Shown: positions 21,501-30,815, counted from the stretch's first letter. The stretch is DNA of 64,000 nucleotides from Candidatus Moraniibacteriota bacterium (GCA_023261645.1 JAHFOO010000003.1:31951-95950); one strand, 5' to 3'. Program-made: numbers and translations. The notes: generated by a model not told the origin, from the letters alone.

Positions 21501-23213
21501 CCCTGTCGTATCGGTCGGCGGAACTGTCGGCAGATTCGCCAGAGCCGTCCAGGTATTGGTGGCGGTCTCATATCGATAGAATCCCGCCGTACCGCCCCGT
21601 ATCGCATAAACATATGCTCCAGCCCCGGTTACTCCGTTCCAGAGAAGATCACTTCCTGTCCCCATAGTGATGGTGTTGTTCATCACCTGTTGTGGTCCCA
21701 CCCAATCCCCCGTCGTCCCAAGAGCTGGATTAAATTTCCACAGATCATAAGTGCCATTGCCACGAAGCATATAGATCAGATTGTCATTGGCATTGAACGC
21801 GAGAGAGGCATAGTTGGCCGCGGCTGGTGTCGTCGCCAGTACTGTCCAGCTATTGCCAGTGATATCATAGCGCAAGAATCCAGTCTGACCCGCAGACCGC
21901 GCATAATAGATATATCCATTGGCATAGGCTCCCTTCTCATCACCGTTGAAATTCTGACCGGTCGTGATGTCGGTGCGGGCACTCCACGTGTTGCTGGCGA
22001 TATTATAGCGATAGAATGTCAAAGTATTCGCACCACGTGGCGTATAGAAATTCCCATCATACCCATAGACCAGATTGGCACCGGCCGATACCGTGGCCGA
22101 TACCGGTGCGAGACTCTGCCACTCGCCAAGTGAAACATTGTAACGCCAGAAATCCGTACTGCTATTCCCTCGCATTACATAGGGGTTGGTCCCGTCAAAT
22201 CCGATACTCCCACCCGTATAGATGGTGTCGAGAAGATCAGGGAGGGCCGTCCAGGTATCGGTCGCCACGTCATAAGAATAAAACTTTTTCGAATACCCTC
22301 CAAAAATCACATAAATGAGGCCATTGGCGCTATCACTGACCATGTCTGCCCCGTAATACACCGGGAATGGCAGATCAGACAGCTCCGTCCATTCATTGAG
22401 CACCGAATCATACTTCCAAAATGCCTTATCCGACAATCCGCGCATGACATAGAGATTATTGCCCACGAAGATCGAGCTTGATCCCGCGCTCACCGTATCG
22501 GGAGGTACCGCCCAGGTGCGTGCCGACCAACTCCCATCCGATGCCAATTGTAACGCGTCAGTAGCACTATCGAGAGAAATATCTGCCGTCGTTCCCATTC
22601 CCCATTCTGTTTCAGTGGTGATAGTACGTGCAAATGGAGCCCCTGATACACTGACTCCACCTATATATACCGCCACAACGACCACTCCCACCACAATAGC
22701 ACTTCGCCACGTTATAGAATGAGCTATTTGCATGCACCGACGAATTTTCTTGTACCACCACCCGAAAAAGAGTGCTCCATAATAACGCCTGAAGTATGCT
22801 TTGCCATAACTTCTCTTCTGGGCAGGAGTATATTTATTCAAGAATTCACTCAGGCTCTCTTCTTCAACTATCAGACGTTTTTTCGGCATTTCCTCTGAGA
22901 GAAATCTTTTTTTGAAATTGATTTGGTATTTTTGTGCAAAAAGAGAAAAGCGACACCGTAATAGAGTAAAGAGACCAGATGGTTTTTTTACCTTTATTTC
23001 TGTCATTTTTTTCGAAATATCTTTTGTCACTGACTTTTCCGCCCAACAGTGCAAACGAGAAGATGGCTCTTTTTGTATGTCAACCTTCTTCCGTAACACC
23101 TTTCTTACAGACGTTGCCTTCCGTGATGCTTTTACCTCCCGGCCAGTAGCAGAAAACAGGTTCTCTGATAACGAGAGTCTTCTGATGTTTGTTTTTCTTT
23201 TTACGATAGCCAT
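15516..23213 (-). CDS. Giant (2565 aa) surface protein: basic N-terminus, TM helix, Kelch-like beta-propellers, FnIII/Ig-like domains
   Basis: Many YxxRGxxxxFxRYxxxxxxW Kelch-type repeats; duplicated propeller+beta-sandwich module; C-terminal FnIII/purple-acid-phosphatase-N-like repeats (GLDAGTKYFY). Confidence 0.85.
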   Translation of the reverse strand: MAIVKRKTNIRRLSLSENLFSATGREVKASRKATSVRKVLRKKVDIQKEPSSRLHCWAEKSVTKDISKKMTEIKVKKPSGLFTLLRCRFSLFAQKYQINFKKRFLSEEMPKKRLIVEEESLSEFLNKYTPAQKRSYGKAYFRRYYGALFFGWWYKKIRRCMQIAHSITWRSAIVVGVVVVAVYIGGVSVSGAPFARTITTETEWGMGTTADISLDSATDALQLASDGSWSARTWAVPPDTVSAGSSSIFVGNNLYVMRGLSDKAFWKYDSVLNEWTELSDLPFPVYYGADMVSDSANGLIYVIFGGYSKKFYSYDVATDTWTALPDLLDTIYTGGSIGFDGTNPYVMRGNSSTDFWRYNVSLGEWQSLAPVSATVSAGANLVYGYDGNFYTPRGANTLTFYRYNIASNTWSARTDITTGQNFNGDEKGAYANGYIYYARSAGQTGFLRYDITGNSWTVLATTPAAANYASLAFNANDNLIYMLRGNGTYDLWKFNPALGTTGDWVGPQQVMNNTITMGTGSDLLWNGVTGAGAYVYAIRGGTAGFYRYETATNTWTALANLPTVPPTDTTGTLVGNYIYYPLGNGTTTFYRYTISTNTWAVMTVLPGTVSNGGSAVYNASDNKVYVLRGNGTPNLYSSLNSTTLAWTTLATSVVSGVTYNANIGAKMVSDGTNLYATFGDGETAFLRFNTGSNTWSTLSSTPFAQYYGTSLTFANGKIYALAGYYKDETWEYTITTDTWRMLPSNQKYLYGRGPYNGANIEYAGGNSFYALTGQATTDMWSFTAGTNNFVSTGSYVSEPLDVSQASNWVSFVANSTTPAGTSIVYETRTSTDAETWSDWEAVSGTAIASPPERYIQVRITLSTTDGANTPTASDYTITYNNSDTLPINPTAVNAYSKNTGGVTLTSGSSYSYEHPYFSFSGASSPEAGVEGYYVYFGTNAGADPAVDGSYQTSTAYEANTALTATSYYLRIKTKDNNGNVSATTYSAFTYVYNGVAPALVATKTSQADFSAGTLSDVSATDVTDALRLSASDGTGFWNQSRITNAPALMYYGSDSVQVTYDGSDYIFALRGGNTTGFYRYALATDTWTALAVTPGVVGYGGSIERGPNGFLYATQGGNLPTFWKYDIALDIWSTVSSAPKNFYAGGSISYDGSQYIYGLPGSDDAFYRYDTINDSWSAKVNAQFGNPNATDGQTVNYGSDSVYDGRNNVYVVQGNYYPYFAKYSIATDVAHGEVANTWTVLASAPTGVYTGGSLAFDATSNSVYMTRGNWKNNYYRYNVAINEWSQLPDTPGTFDHGASQVVYHGYIYALRGANTTNFYRYSIAESSWQVPTRGLFGPAVINATTYFPFGAGTFAVTDDNENMYMIRGSYDNVFVRYNIRTGTTTEMARLPVGAYDGSSLVYVGNHSEIYYSPGTIRTSRSGASNYFYKYDIPTNTWSEVTTDRPPIQVGTGSSMTYDGLRYIYLTRGVGQATWWRYDLNGSDGSRWSALSTVGAPTVTTGGEMIYNGGYIYSVRGGNNTDYRYDIGAGTWAAMPILPATISTGGSIADGGDGYIYMTRGFNTSNYYRYRIADGLSGTWSAVTDIPAQVNTGGFQKHASNRNWVIAGNGTNSYPDGLYSYVVSSSDNGTGFQKTGVYTSETINLVSVYKWANFSVNYTLPNNTFVTFETRTSADGATWENWTNVSNEQVLGTTHTFKINSLPNGFFQVRANLSSSDQIFSPLITDYAVSYYQDITEPTNPSAISAYTDGTKVTSMTTDTWYNHTAPYFEWPAVDVADGATDGVGGSGVAGYYVYFGIDINADPVNFQTANNYTASSLSAGQTYYLKIMTKDNAGMITSTSYSAFIYKFDNIAPTNPSVVSVLPTGYTATDNFAFTWSADSADLFSGVAKLQYRTDGDVPNVWVDIPDVNQVALTIPNVNHIVGAYQSGKNKFYIRVVDGAGNVSPPLPQEYYYSASAPTPPQSLTATPSSSTNNSFTFSWDTPASYAGDPTKIIYHYSINMLPTANNSVATTAKAAGPSAFATQKGDNLFFVVAGDESGNIEWGNYATVTFTADTSNPPIPGNVQVFDTSDRENAKYGVAVKWARPDSINVANFDGFVIYRSEDNVTFTEIAKTTGSAYVDSGEILLASGDTTLESKLYYYYVKSKDKTNNYSAASSTVSIIPTGKYTTAPKLVGTPSYTTQSFQATFEWATDRVASSFIEYGKSISLGETTGQVDSVTTHGVLVKGLDAGTKYFYSVKYIDPDGNIGTSTVDTFTTLPPPVISDLTITDIQLYTAYVNWKTNVSATCTLKYGSYSIEETSGGSSHIQKIDNLQPTSDYSAQIDCIDGDLNTFSSDQYSFSTPEEPVVSEVIIENKENVDLPTVTITYKTNVPTSTLIYYKSGSGDNHTYLTEDLTTEHTAEISSLDPAVEYMVTVTGNDQYHIQARPFEQKVTTRTDSRPPRIISNKAMGRVSGRGTNAQANVYIRIETDEASRIHVAYAKGIVTKSFEQSTSDDTYNTYHLITIPAEAGDVYSYQIEAYDEAENVTVSDAVTVPVEQATSSAAEVVTRTFLNNFGWMSRLRGN

Positions 23214-23415
23214 GAGATTTCTATACTCGTTTTTCCTCGAGAAAGGTCTTTTTCAAAAAGCGAATTCCACACACAAAACAAAGAGTTTCCAAGAACCTTC
23301 TGGTTATAGTATACCACACAATGAAAAGAAAAAAAGTAAGAAATCCCCTTACAAATGCAAAAAAGAGCCATTCTCCAATAATGATACCTCACAACTATTT
23401 CCTCTCTCTTTCCTC

Positions 23416-23444
23416 TTGACAGATAATTGGTTTACTGATAAACT
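23416..23444 (+). promoter_or_regulatory. Sigma70 promoter with overlapping palindrome (putative MarR operator)
   Basis: TTGACA-N17-TAAACT; inverted repeat GTTTA-ctga-TAAAC at 23430-23443. Confidence 0.6.
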
Positions 23445-23481
23445 AGGAAACTGTTTTGTTGATAATTTTAAGAAATTTTTT

Positions 23482-23949
23482 ATGTATACAAATGACTCTC
23501 TCTCCCCTATTCTTCCTATCATTCATATTGCCCATCGATTCGAGGCGATCGCCCAAAGATATATCTTCCAACCGACAGGCTTCTCCCCTATGAGTATGAA
23601 TATCTTGCGATTGTTGCGTGACAATGGACCTCTGATTGCGAGTGATCTGATACGAATGACGGCCACAACCAAGTCGAATATGAGCCAACGACTGAGTTTC
23701 CTCGAAAAAGAACACCTCGTTTCAAGGATGCCTGCAAAAGAAAATGGCGACAAACGAAAAACAATGATTTCTCTCACAACATCAGGAAAGAAGAAAATCG
23801 CCACTCTTGAAGAAAGAATCAAAAAGGCTGAGATATCATTCGAAAAAAAATTCACCCCAAAAGAATTAGCCGACCATAAAGCCTTCTTTGAAAAACTCAG
23901 CATAATCCTCGACAATGGTGAATGTGAATTAACCAAAATATTTAAATAA
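23482..23949 (+). CDS. MarR-family transcriptional regulator
   Basis: wHTH with TKSNMSQRLSFLE and DKRKTMISLT.SG. True start is ATG 23482, not the 22912 ORF extension. Confidence 0.9.
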   Translation: MYTNDSLSPILPIIHIAHRFEAIAQRYIFQPTGFSPMSMNILRLLRDNGPLIASDLIRMTATTKSNMSQRLSFLEKEHLVSRMPAKENGDKRKTMISLTTSGKKKIATLEERIKKAEISFEKKFTPKELADHKAFFEKLSIILDNGECELTKIFK

Positions 23950-23954
23950 CCGGC

Positions 23955-25067
23955 ATGAAATCTATGCACAAGAAAAAAATCATCGTCACTCTTCTTTCAA
24001 TTCTGATACTCTTTATTCTCGCTTCGAATTTTTCTCGCAAGAAAACAGTTTCTGTCGAAGAAATACCCAAAAAACCTCTCACGGTCTCTGTTCAAAGTGT
24101 TTCTGAGAGCAAAACTATCACGCAAAAAAGAAGTTTCCCGGCCAGCATCGTCTCCGACCAAGAAGTAAAAATTACCGCGAAAATTGCCGGAACAGTTACC
24201 ATAGCTCCTGGCGCTCTCGGAGAAAAGATATCCAAAGGATCACTTCTCGCACGCATAGACGATCTGGGAGCACAGGCTATCGGAGATCAAGGACTGAGAA
24301 ATCTTCAAGTCCAACAATCCTCTCTCAGCGTCGAACAAGCCAAAAAATCGTACAATCTCACAAAACAAACCTACGATGATCTGAAGAAATCTTCGAGTGC
24401 TACCAGCGCACAAAAGGATACTGCCAAAACACAGAGAGATATCGCCAAATTACAGTATGAAAGCGCCATACTGGGATTAAATGGCACTATCGACAATCAT
24501 TCCGTCCTCTCTCCTCTCTCGGGCACCATCACAAGCAGAGCCGTTTCAGTCGGAGATTCCGTTTCGGTCGGACAGCTGATAGCCACAGTCAGTCAGTCTT
24601 CCACAGTGAAGGTTCAATTTTTTGTCGATGCCGAAGAAAGGAGTACACTCACGCGGGGACAGGAAATTTCTGCAATTGATACTGCTGGCACTTCTTTCCC
24701 ACTCGTAATAAAAAATATCGCTATCACAGCTGACCCTGTCACCAGACACTTTCTCATTGAAGCCTATCCGAAGAAACAAGATGCTTCTCTCCTCGCCGGT
24801 ACGATCATGACTGTCTCTTTTGAGACAATTATCAGACCAAAGACGGAAGATGCCCTTCTTCTACCATTGTCTGCTCTCAGTATCAGCCAAAATGAAAGCT
24901 CTCTTTTTATCGTAGAAAATAATACCGCGAAAAAAGAAGTGATTACCATACAAAACATCAGCGGAGAGAATGCTGAAGTCCTCTCTCATATTCCATCCGA
25001 ATCACTCATCATCATAGAAGGAAGCAAGCTCGTCACCGATGGACAACCAGTCGTCGTGGAAAACTAA
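23955..25067 (+). CDS. RND efflux periplasmic adaptor subunit
   Basis: TM anchor, lipoyl motifs (SPLSGTI..VSVGDSV), ADPVTRHF. Confidence 0.9.
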   Translation: MKSMHKKKIIVTLLSILILFILASNFSRKKTVSVEEIPKKPLTVSVQSVSESKTITQKRSFPASIVSDQEVKITAKIAGTVTIAPGALGEKISKGSLLARIDDLGAQAIGDQGLRNLQVQQSSLSVEQAKKSYNLTKQTYDDLKKSSSATSAQKDTAKTQRDIAKLQYESAILGLNGTIDNHSVLSPLSGTITSRAVSVGDSVSVGQLIATVSQSSTVKVQFFVDAEERSTLTRGQEISAIDTAGTSFPLVIKNIAITADPVTRHFLIEAYPKKQDASLLAGTIMTVSFETIIRPKTEDALLLPLSALSISQNESSLFIVENNTAKKEVITIQNISGENAEVLSHIPSESLIIIEGSKLVTDGQPVVVEN

Positions 25068-25094
25068 TCTCCCTCTAAAAATATCTCTCATCGT

Positions 25095-28000
25095 ATGGAA
25101 CATCCGAAAGAACCTCTCTCAACCGACAGCGTATATCTGAGTACACTCGAATTCACCCCCGAAAAACGCCATACCTGGCTCAATTTTTTCGTTTCAAATT
25201 TCCGTGTCGTCATCCTTCTTATTATGCTTATCTCGGGCTGGGGCATTTATTCCTTCCTCAACCTCCCTCGGGAATCCAACCCGGAAGTGAAAATCGCCAC
25301 AGCGATAGTCAGCGTCACTTATCCGGGGGTTTCCCCTTCTGATATGGAGGAACTCATCACCAAGAAAATCGAAACGGACATCTCCAGTGTCACTGGCGTG
25401 AACAAAATCACTTCTACTTCTGCCAACTCATCTGCCACGGTGGTCGTGGAATTCGATGCTGATCAGAATGTCGATGATGCCGTAAGAAGGTTGCGTGACA
25501 CGCTTCCGACCATCAGAAGAGATATCCCGACAGACGCCAATGATCCTGTGGTCAAAGAAATTTCCTTCGATGATACTCCTATCGTCACTTTTGCACTCAG
25601 TGGGCCTTACGATGGTTTCATACTGAGGACATACGCCGAAAAGATTCAAGACGAACTCGAGAAGATTCCAGGCGTCCGTGAGGTGGATATTTCTGGTGGC
25701 GATCAAAGTGAATTTGAAGTGGCCTATGATCCGAAGAAGCTTGTTCTCTTCGGCATCACGGCAGACCAAGCCAATCAAGCCATAACCACCGCCAACAAAG
25801 CCATTCCTGCTGGAAACTTTGAAGGCTCGACATTCAGTTATTCTCTCCGCTCTGACGGCCGTTTCTATGATAGAGAGACACTGCGTACGATTCCTCTCAT
25901 TCATACCTCTTTAGGCGCTATCGTGTATTTGAAAGACATCGCGGATGTGAAAGAAAAAGCCAGAGAGAAAACAACCTACTCGCGTTTTTCCCTAAGTGGT
26001 GAAATGCCGGAAAACGCCGTCACACTTCAAATCATCAAGAGAACAGGAGGATCGATCATTGATACTGTGGGCAGTGCCCGCATCAAAATCGATGAACTCC
26101 TCAAGACTTTCCCATCTGATATCACTATTTCAGACACGGTCAATCAGTCCGATCGTATCAAAAAAGATTTTGATCAACTTACTCATGATTTCCTCCTCAC
26201 ACTTATTCTCGTCGTCGGTCTCCTCTTTCTTATCGTTGGACTGAAAGAAGCGTTTGTCGCTGGTATCGCTATTCCTCTCGTTTTTTTCGTCACCTTCGGA
26301 GTGATGCAAGCGACAGGAACATCACTCAATTTCCTTTCCATTTTCGCTCTGCTTCTCTCGCTCGGACTCTTGGTAGACGATGCTATCGTGGTAGTTTCCG
26401 CTACCAAACAATATATGAAAACAGGCAAATATACGCCTGAGGAAGCCGTTTTGCTCGTTCTTTCTGATTTCAAAGTTGTCCTTGTTTCGACGACGCTTGC
26501 CACCGTTTGGGCCTTCCTTCCGCTCCTTCTCGCATCCGGAATGATCGGAAAATTTATCAAATCAATTCCCATCACAGTTTCAACAACACTCATCGCCTCT
26601 CTCCTCATCGCTCTTATGATCAACCATCCGTTGGCGGCTGTCCTCGAGAGGATCCGACTCACAAAAAAATTCTTCTGGATTATCTTCATTTCCATACTCG
26701 CTCTTGGAGCATTCTCCACGATACAGCATTCTTCTCTCGGATTCATTTTCACATTTTTTTCTTTCATACTTCTCGCATGGATGCTTTTCTGGTATTTCGG
26801 AAAAGGAACAAACATTCTTGAAAAGAATACGCTCCTCACGGAAGAAGAATGGGAGAGTGATGATAGTATCAAAGAAAAACTTCGCTCCCAAGGAGATCGA
26901 GAAAATTCCAGCTTCGGAAGCAAACTCATCCACGGCATCTTTCATTTCGACCGTATTCTTCCTGTATACGAGAAATACCTCCGCATTGCCACCAATACCC
27001 GAAAACACCGCATCATCACGCTTCTTTCTACGCTTGCATTGTTCATCTTTGCAGTAACCCTTCCGATTATCGGTGTTGTCAAATCAGAATTTTTCCCGCC
27101 TGCCGATGGCGATGCTTTGTATATAAGCCTGCGTGCTCCTATCGGCCTCAATCTTGATCAGACGGATATTCTGACACGAGAAGTTGAGAAAAGACTTTCA
27201 ACCACTCCAAACATAGTGAACTTCTCTACGATTATTGGAAACCCAGGATCAGGTGGTGGCTTCGGAGGAGGGAGTTCCAGCACATCGAATACCTCTTCTA
27301 TCACTATCAAACTCGTTCCAGAAGAAGAGCGCACTATCAAGGCGTATGATATCGCACAGCAGATACGCACGGAGCTTTCCGATATCGAAGGAGCTACCAT
27401 CACTGTTTCCACTCCTAGCGGTGGACCGCCATCCGGCAGTGCCTTCCAGGCTCAGATCGCCGGAGAAGATTTACAGACATTGGATAAAATTGCCACTGAT
27501 CTGAAACCGATCGTCGCTTCTCTTCCCGGTATTGTCAATGCAGATATTTCCCTCAAAGACGCTCCGGCTGAATATACATTTGCTCTTGATAACGCCAAAA
27601 TGGAGCTGTATGATATCAACGCGGTAGTTGTCGGTGGAACACTGCGAACAGCTCTTTCCGGCACGACCGTGACGACCATCATCCGTGACAATAAAAATAT
27701 CGATGTCGTCGCTCGTTTCGACAAAGATTCTCTTCCTACACTGGAAACTATCCAGAATTTACAGATTCTCAACCTCAAAAAACAACCGGTATTCATCAAA
27801 GATGTCGCCACGGTACAACTCACTCCGACAGTCGATGCCATCACGCGTATCGATCAAAAAAGAACCGTTCTTCTGACCGCTGACGTCAGCGGTACGACCA
27901 ATGCTACTCAAGTCGTCAAAGAGTTTCAGGACAAAATCGCCAAAGAGTATGTCCTTCCCGAAGGGTATGCCATCACTTACGGCGGAGAGAATGAACAGAA

Positions 28001-28496
28001 TGCCGAATCGGTATTTTCCATCATCCGTGCAATGGCGATTGCAGCCGTACTCATCATCTCTACTCTCGTCATCCAATTCAATTCTTTCCGTAAAGCATTG
28101 ATCGTTCTTGTCACCCTTCCTCTCGCTCTTATCGGGGTGTTCATCGGTATGGCGATTCTCAATGTCAGCTTGAGCTTCCCAGGACTGATCGGTATTTTGG
28201 CACTCTTCGGTATTGTCGTGAAAAATGCCATCATTTTGATCGATAAGATAAATCTCAACGTGAAAACCGGTATTCCTTTCGATGATGCCATCATCGATGC
28301 TGGAAAATCTCGTCTCGAAGCTATCATCATCACGTCCATCGTCACTATCGCCGGCATCATACCGATTACCCTTTCGAATGCCACGTGGACAGCTCTCGGC
28401 TCAGTCATCATTTTCGGATTGTCTATCTCCTCTTTCTTCACTCTCTTCATCATTCCGACTCTCTATATGACATTCATCAATAAAAAAGAAAGATAA
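25095..28496 (+). CDS. RND efflux permease (AcrB/SwrC family)
   Basis: LPRESNPEV, YPG.SP, LGLLVDDAIVV, GIVVKNAIILID, R..AI..TS. Confidence 0.95.
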   Translation: MEHPKEPLSTDSVYLSTLEFTPEKRHTWLNFFVSNFRVVILLIMLISGWGIYSFLNLPRESNPEVKIATAIVSVTYPGVSPSDMEELITKKIETDISSVTGVNKITSTSANSSATVVVEFDADQNVDDAVRRLRDTLPTIRRDIPTDANDPVVKEISFDDTPIVTFALSGPYDGFILRTYAEKIQDELEKIPGVREVDISGGDQSEFEVAYDPKKLVLFGITADQANQAITTANKAIPAGNFEGSTFSYSLRSDGRFYDRETLRTIPLIHTSLGAIVYLKDIADVKEKAREKTTYSRFSLSGEMPENAVTLQIIKRTGGSIIDTVGSARIKIDELLKTFPSDITISDTVNQSDRIKKDFDQLTHDFLLTLILVVGLLFLIVGLKEAFVAGIAIPLVFFVTFGVMQATGTSLNFLSIFALLLSLGLLVDDAIVVVSATKQYMKTGKYTPEEAVLLVLSDFKVVLVSTTLATVWAFLPLLLASGMIGKFIKSIPITVSTTLIASLLIALMINHPLAAVLERIRLTKKFFWIIFISILALGAFSTIQHSSLGFIFTFFSFILLAWMLFWYFGKGTNILEKNTLLTEEEWESDDSIKEKLRSQGDRENSSFGSKLIHGIFHFDRILPVYEKYLRIATNTRKHRIITLLSTLALFIFAVTLPIIGVVKSEFFPPADGDALYISLRAPIGLNLDQTDILTREVEKRLSTTPNIVNFSTIIGNPGSGGGFGGGSSSTSNTSSITIKLVPEEERTIKAYDIAQQIRTELSDIEGATITVSTPSGGPPSGSAFQAQIAGEDLQTLDKIATDLKPIVASLPGIVNADISLKDAPAEYTFALDNAKMELYDINAVVVGGTLRTALSGTTVTTIIRDNKNIDVVARFDKDSLPTLETIQNLQILNLKKQPVFIKDVATVQLTPTVDAITRIDQKRTVLLTADVSGTTNATQVVKEFQDKIAKEYVLPEGYAITYGGENEQNAESVFSIIRAMAIAAVLIISTLVIQFNSFRKALIVLVTLPLALIGVFIGMAILNVSLSFPGLIGILALFGIVVKNAIILIDKINLNVKTGIPFDDAIIDAGKSRLEAIIITSIVTIAGIIPITLSNATWTALGSVIIFGLSISSFFTLFIIPTLYMTFINKKER

Positions 28497-28627
28497 GAAA
28501 GCTTCATTCATAAGGATAGGGAGCAATTGGTATGATCCATCCGTTATCGCGAGCATCCTCTTCGAGAGAAAAATTGAAGCAACCGATTACAATCGAAACA
28601 GTAATTCGTATCTCGACAAAAAAATCA

Positions 28628-28656
28628 AAAAGAGCCCCGGGTGAGGCTCTTTTTTT
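28628..28656. terminator. Bidirectional intrinsic terminator
   Basis: AAAAAGAGCC-ccgggtga-GGCTCTTTTTTT between convergent genes. Confidence 0.8.
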
Positions 28657-28672
28657 GAGAAAGATAATCTCT

Positions 28673-29467
28673 TTATCTTCCTATCTGGTTTTTATAGCGC
28701 TTATAGAGCTTGTATCCGCGATAATTCTTGTAGAGGCTGTAATCACGCTGAATACTCAAACTCAATCCTTCCCGTTCCTTGTTTTTTAAACTCTTATATT
28801 TCGCATACATTGCTTTCAATCTCTCGAATTCAGCTCTATTCGTATTTTTTAGATTTTTTACTTTTGCATAATCGTCTTTATCTTTATCGCTCGTATATAT
28901 GCTCTTATAGTGTCTATACAATACCCATCTTCTTCCGTGGTGGTCATTATCTGTCGGAGTGGTGACAGATATCACTTCAGCTATGACTGGTACAATCGTA
29001 TCGATACTGAAAGCATCAATCTCAAGAAAATCTTCCTGTACGCTTCCTGTCAGGTTCTGAGCCCCCGTCACTCGTATATCTATATCATCCACTTTCTCCC
29101 CAGGGTAATCTGTTCCGCCCAAGGCACAAGGGAACAGATACTGCGTCTCCGATATCCAGCTACCACCGCAATCACCGGCCTGGAGTCCTGATGGGTATGA
29201 ATTTACCAAAGATGGGCTTTCATACGAAATGACCGGCTTTATCGTCTGATCCATCGCTTCACTGTAATTCACATACACTTCAAGCGCAGGCATTCTCCCT
29301 CCTATATCACTTCTCGTCAATAGTGTTTTGGTAAGAGTGATGCCCGTGACAGTGACAGCAGAAGGACCTACCCCAATTGCCTTAGACGTTTCCGGTATAA
29401 TCAAGACTCCCAATATAGCCACGAGGCCAAAAGTAACCAATTTTATTTTTATCATTATTTTTATCAT
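28673..29467 (-). CDS. Hypothetical secreted protein (Ig-like N-terminal part, Lys/Tyr-rich helical C-terminus)
   Basis: Signal peptide; beta-rich region followed by a basic YK/YR-rich tail. Confidence 0.65.
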   Translation of the reverse strand: MIKIMIKIKLVTFGLVAILGVLIIPETSKAIGVGPSAVTVTGITLTKTLLTRSDIGGRMPALEVYVNYSEAMDQTIKPVISYESPSLVNSYPSGLQAGDCGGSWISETQYLFPCALGGTDYPGEKVDDIDIRVTGAQNLTGSVQEDFLEIDAFSIDTIVPVIAEVISVTTPTDNDHHGRRWVLYRHYKSIYTSDKDKDDYAKVKNLKNTNRAEFERLKAMYAKYKSLKNKEREGLSLSIQRDYSLYKNYRGYKLYKRYKNQIGR

Positions 29468-29496
29468 TATTTTTTTAAAAAAGCGTTAGAGACTTG

Positions 29497-30756
29497 TCAT
29501 CCTGAGAGGACTCTTTCTTCGATCAGCATCAAGCGGTTGTATTTGCAGATTCTTTCGGTTCTAGAAAGCGATCCTGATTTGATGAGAGGACAAGCCAGTC
29601 CCACTGAGAGATCGGCAATGAACGTATCCTCTGTCTCTCCCGAACGATGCGAGACAAATGGTTTCCAGCCCTGTGCTTTCGTCATCCTCACCGCATCGAT
29701 GGTCTCGGTCACCGTACCGATTTGATTCAATTTGATAAGGACGGAGTTCACTGCATTTTTTTCGATAGCTTGCTCGATTCTCTTGATATTGGTTACGAGC
29801 AAATCATCACCAACATTCGTTATCGTATCACCCAGTACCTTGTTGAACTTTTGGAAGCCTTCCCAGTCATCTTCGGCGAAAGCATCCTCGATGAGAATGA
29901 TAGGAAACATATCAACAATTTCCTGATACCATACCAAGAGCTGATCGCTCTTCAAATTCTTCTTCTCTCCAGCAATTTTCAAATCATACAGCTTTGTCTC
30001 GGTATTAAAAAAACTGCTTGCTGCACAATCCAAACCGATTTTCACATCAGCTATCGTGTAACCAGCCTTTTCGATAGCTTCAACGATGAGCTGAAGCGCT
30101 TCCTCATTGGATTGCAATTCTGGGGCAAAACCGCCCTCATCTCCCACACTCGTCTTGTAACCACGCTCTTTCAAAATATCGGCCAAAGTATGAAAAATTT
30201 CAGAGCCTACTCGTAGTTTCTCATGAAAATCCGGAAAACCGATAGGAGCGAGCATAAATTCCTGAATATCGAGTCCGCTATCAGCGTGCTTGCCACCGTT
30301 TATGACGTTGAACATCGGCTGAGGAAGTTTCATTTCCGTATCCCCTATCAAGCTATTGAGATATTCATACAATTCCTGATGTTCTGCATCAGCTGAAGCT
30401 CTAGCAAAAGCCATCGAGACACCGAGAATGGCATTGGCTCCTAAATTGGCTTTATTTTCCGTCCCGTCCAGATCAATGAGAAATTTATCAAGAGATGTTT
30501 GGTCAAACTCCTTGTTCATTATCGTTTCTCTGATTTTTCCTTCTACGTTATGAACCGCCTTCAAAACTCCCTTACCTCGATAACGACTCGGGTCCTCATC
30601 CCGGAGTTCCACTGCTTCATATTTTCCGGTGCTCGCGCCACTCGGTACGGCAGCTATCCCAATGGATCCATTTTCCAGATGGAGCTCTACTGATATGGTA
30701 GGATTGCCTCGTGAATCGAGGATTTCGCGAGCTGAAAGAAAAGCTATCTTTTGCAT
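29497..30756 (-). CDS. eno: Enolase (phosphopyruvate hydratase)
   Basis: REILDSRGNPT, VPSGASTG, GDEGGFAP, VGDDL, SHRSGET; ATG at 30756. Confidence 0.98.
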   Translation of the reverse strand: MQKIAFLSAREILDSRGNPTISVELHLENGSIGIAAVPSGASTGKYEAVELRDEDPSRYRGKGVLKAVHNVEGKIRETIMNKEFDQTSLDKFLIDLDGTENKANLGANAILGVSMAFARASADAEHQELYEYLNSLIGDTEMKLPQPMFNVINGGKHADSGLDIQEFMLAPIGFPDFHEKLRVGSEIFHTLADILKERGYKTSVGDEGGFAPELQSNEEALQLIVEAIEKAGYTIADVKIGLDCAASSFFNTETKLYDLKIAGEKKNLKSDQLLVWYQEIVDMFPIILIEDAFAEDDWEGFQKFNKVLGDTITNVGDDLLVTNIKRIEQAIEKNAVNSVLIKLNQIGTVTETIDAVRMTKAQGWKPFVSHRSGETEDTFIADLSVGLACPLIKSGSLSRTERICKYNRLMLIEERVLSG

Positions 30757-30784
30757 ATTTGTTTTTCTTCTGTAAATAAAAAGA

Positions 30785-30815
30785 AAAAAGACGGGTTCTG
30801 TCACCACCCGTCTTT
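30785..30815 (-). terminator. Intrinsic terminator hairpin upstream of eno
   Basis: Minus strand AAAGACGGGT-ggtgacaga-ACCCGTCTTTTTTC. Confidence 0.6.

Noticed and set aside
22912-23481. 345-aa ORF suggesting a MarR with a long N-terminal extension
   Set aside because: The extension overlaps the giant gene on the opposite strand and crosses the TTGACA promoter; the real gene starts at ATG 23482.
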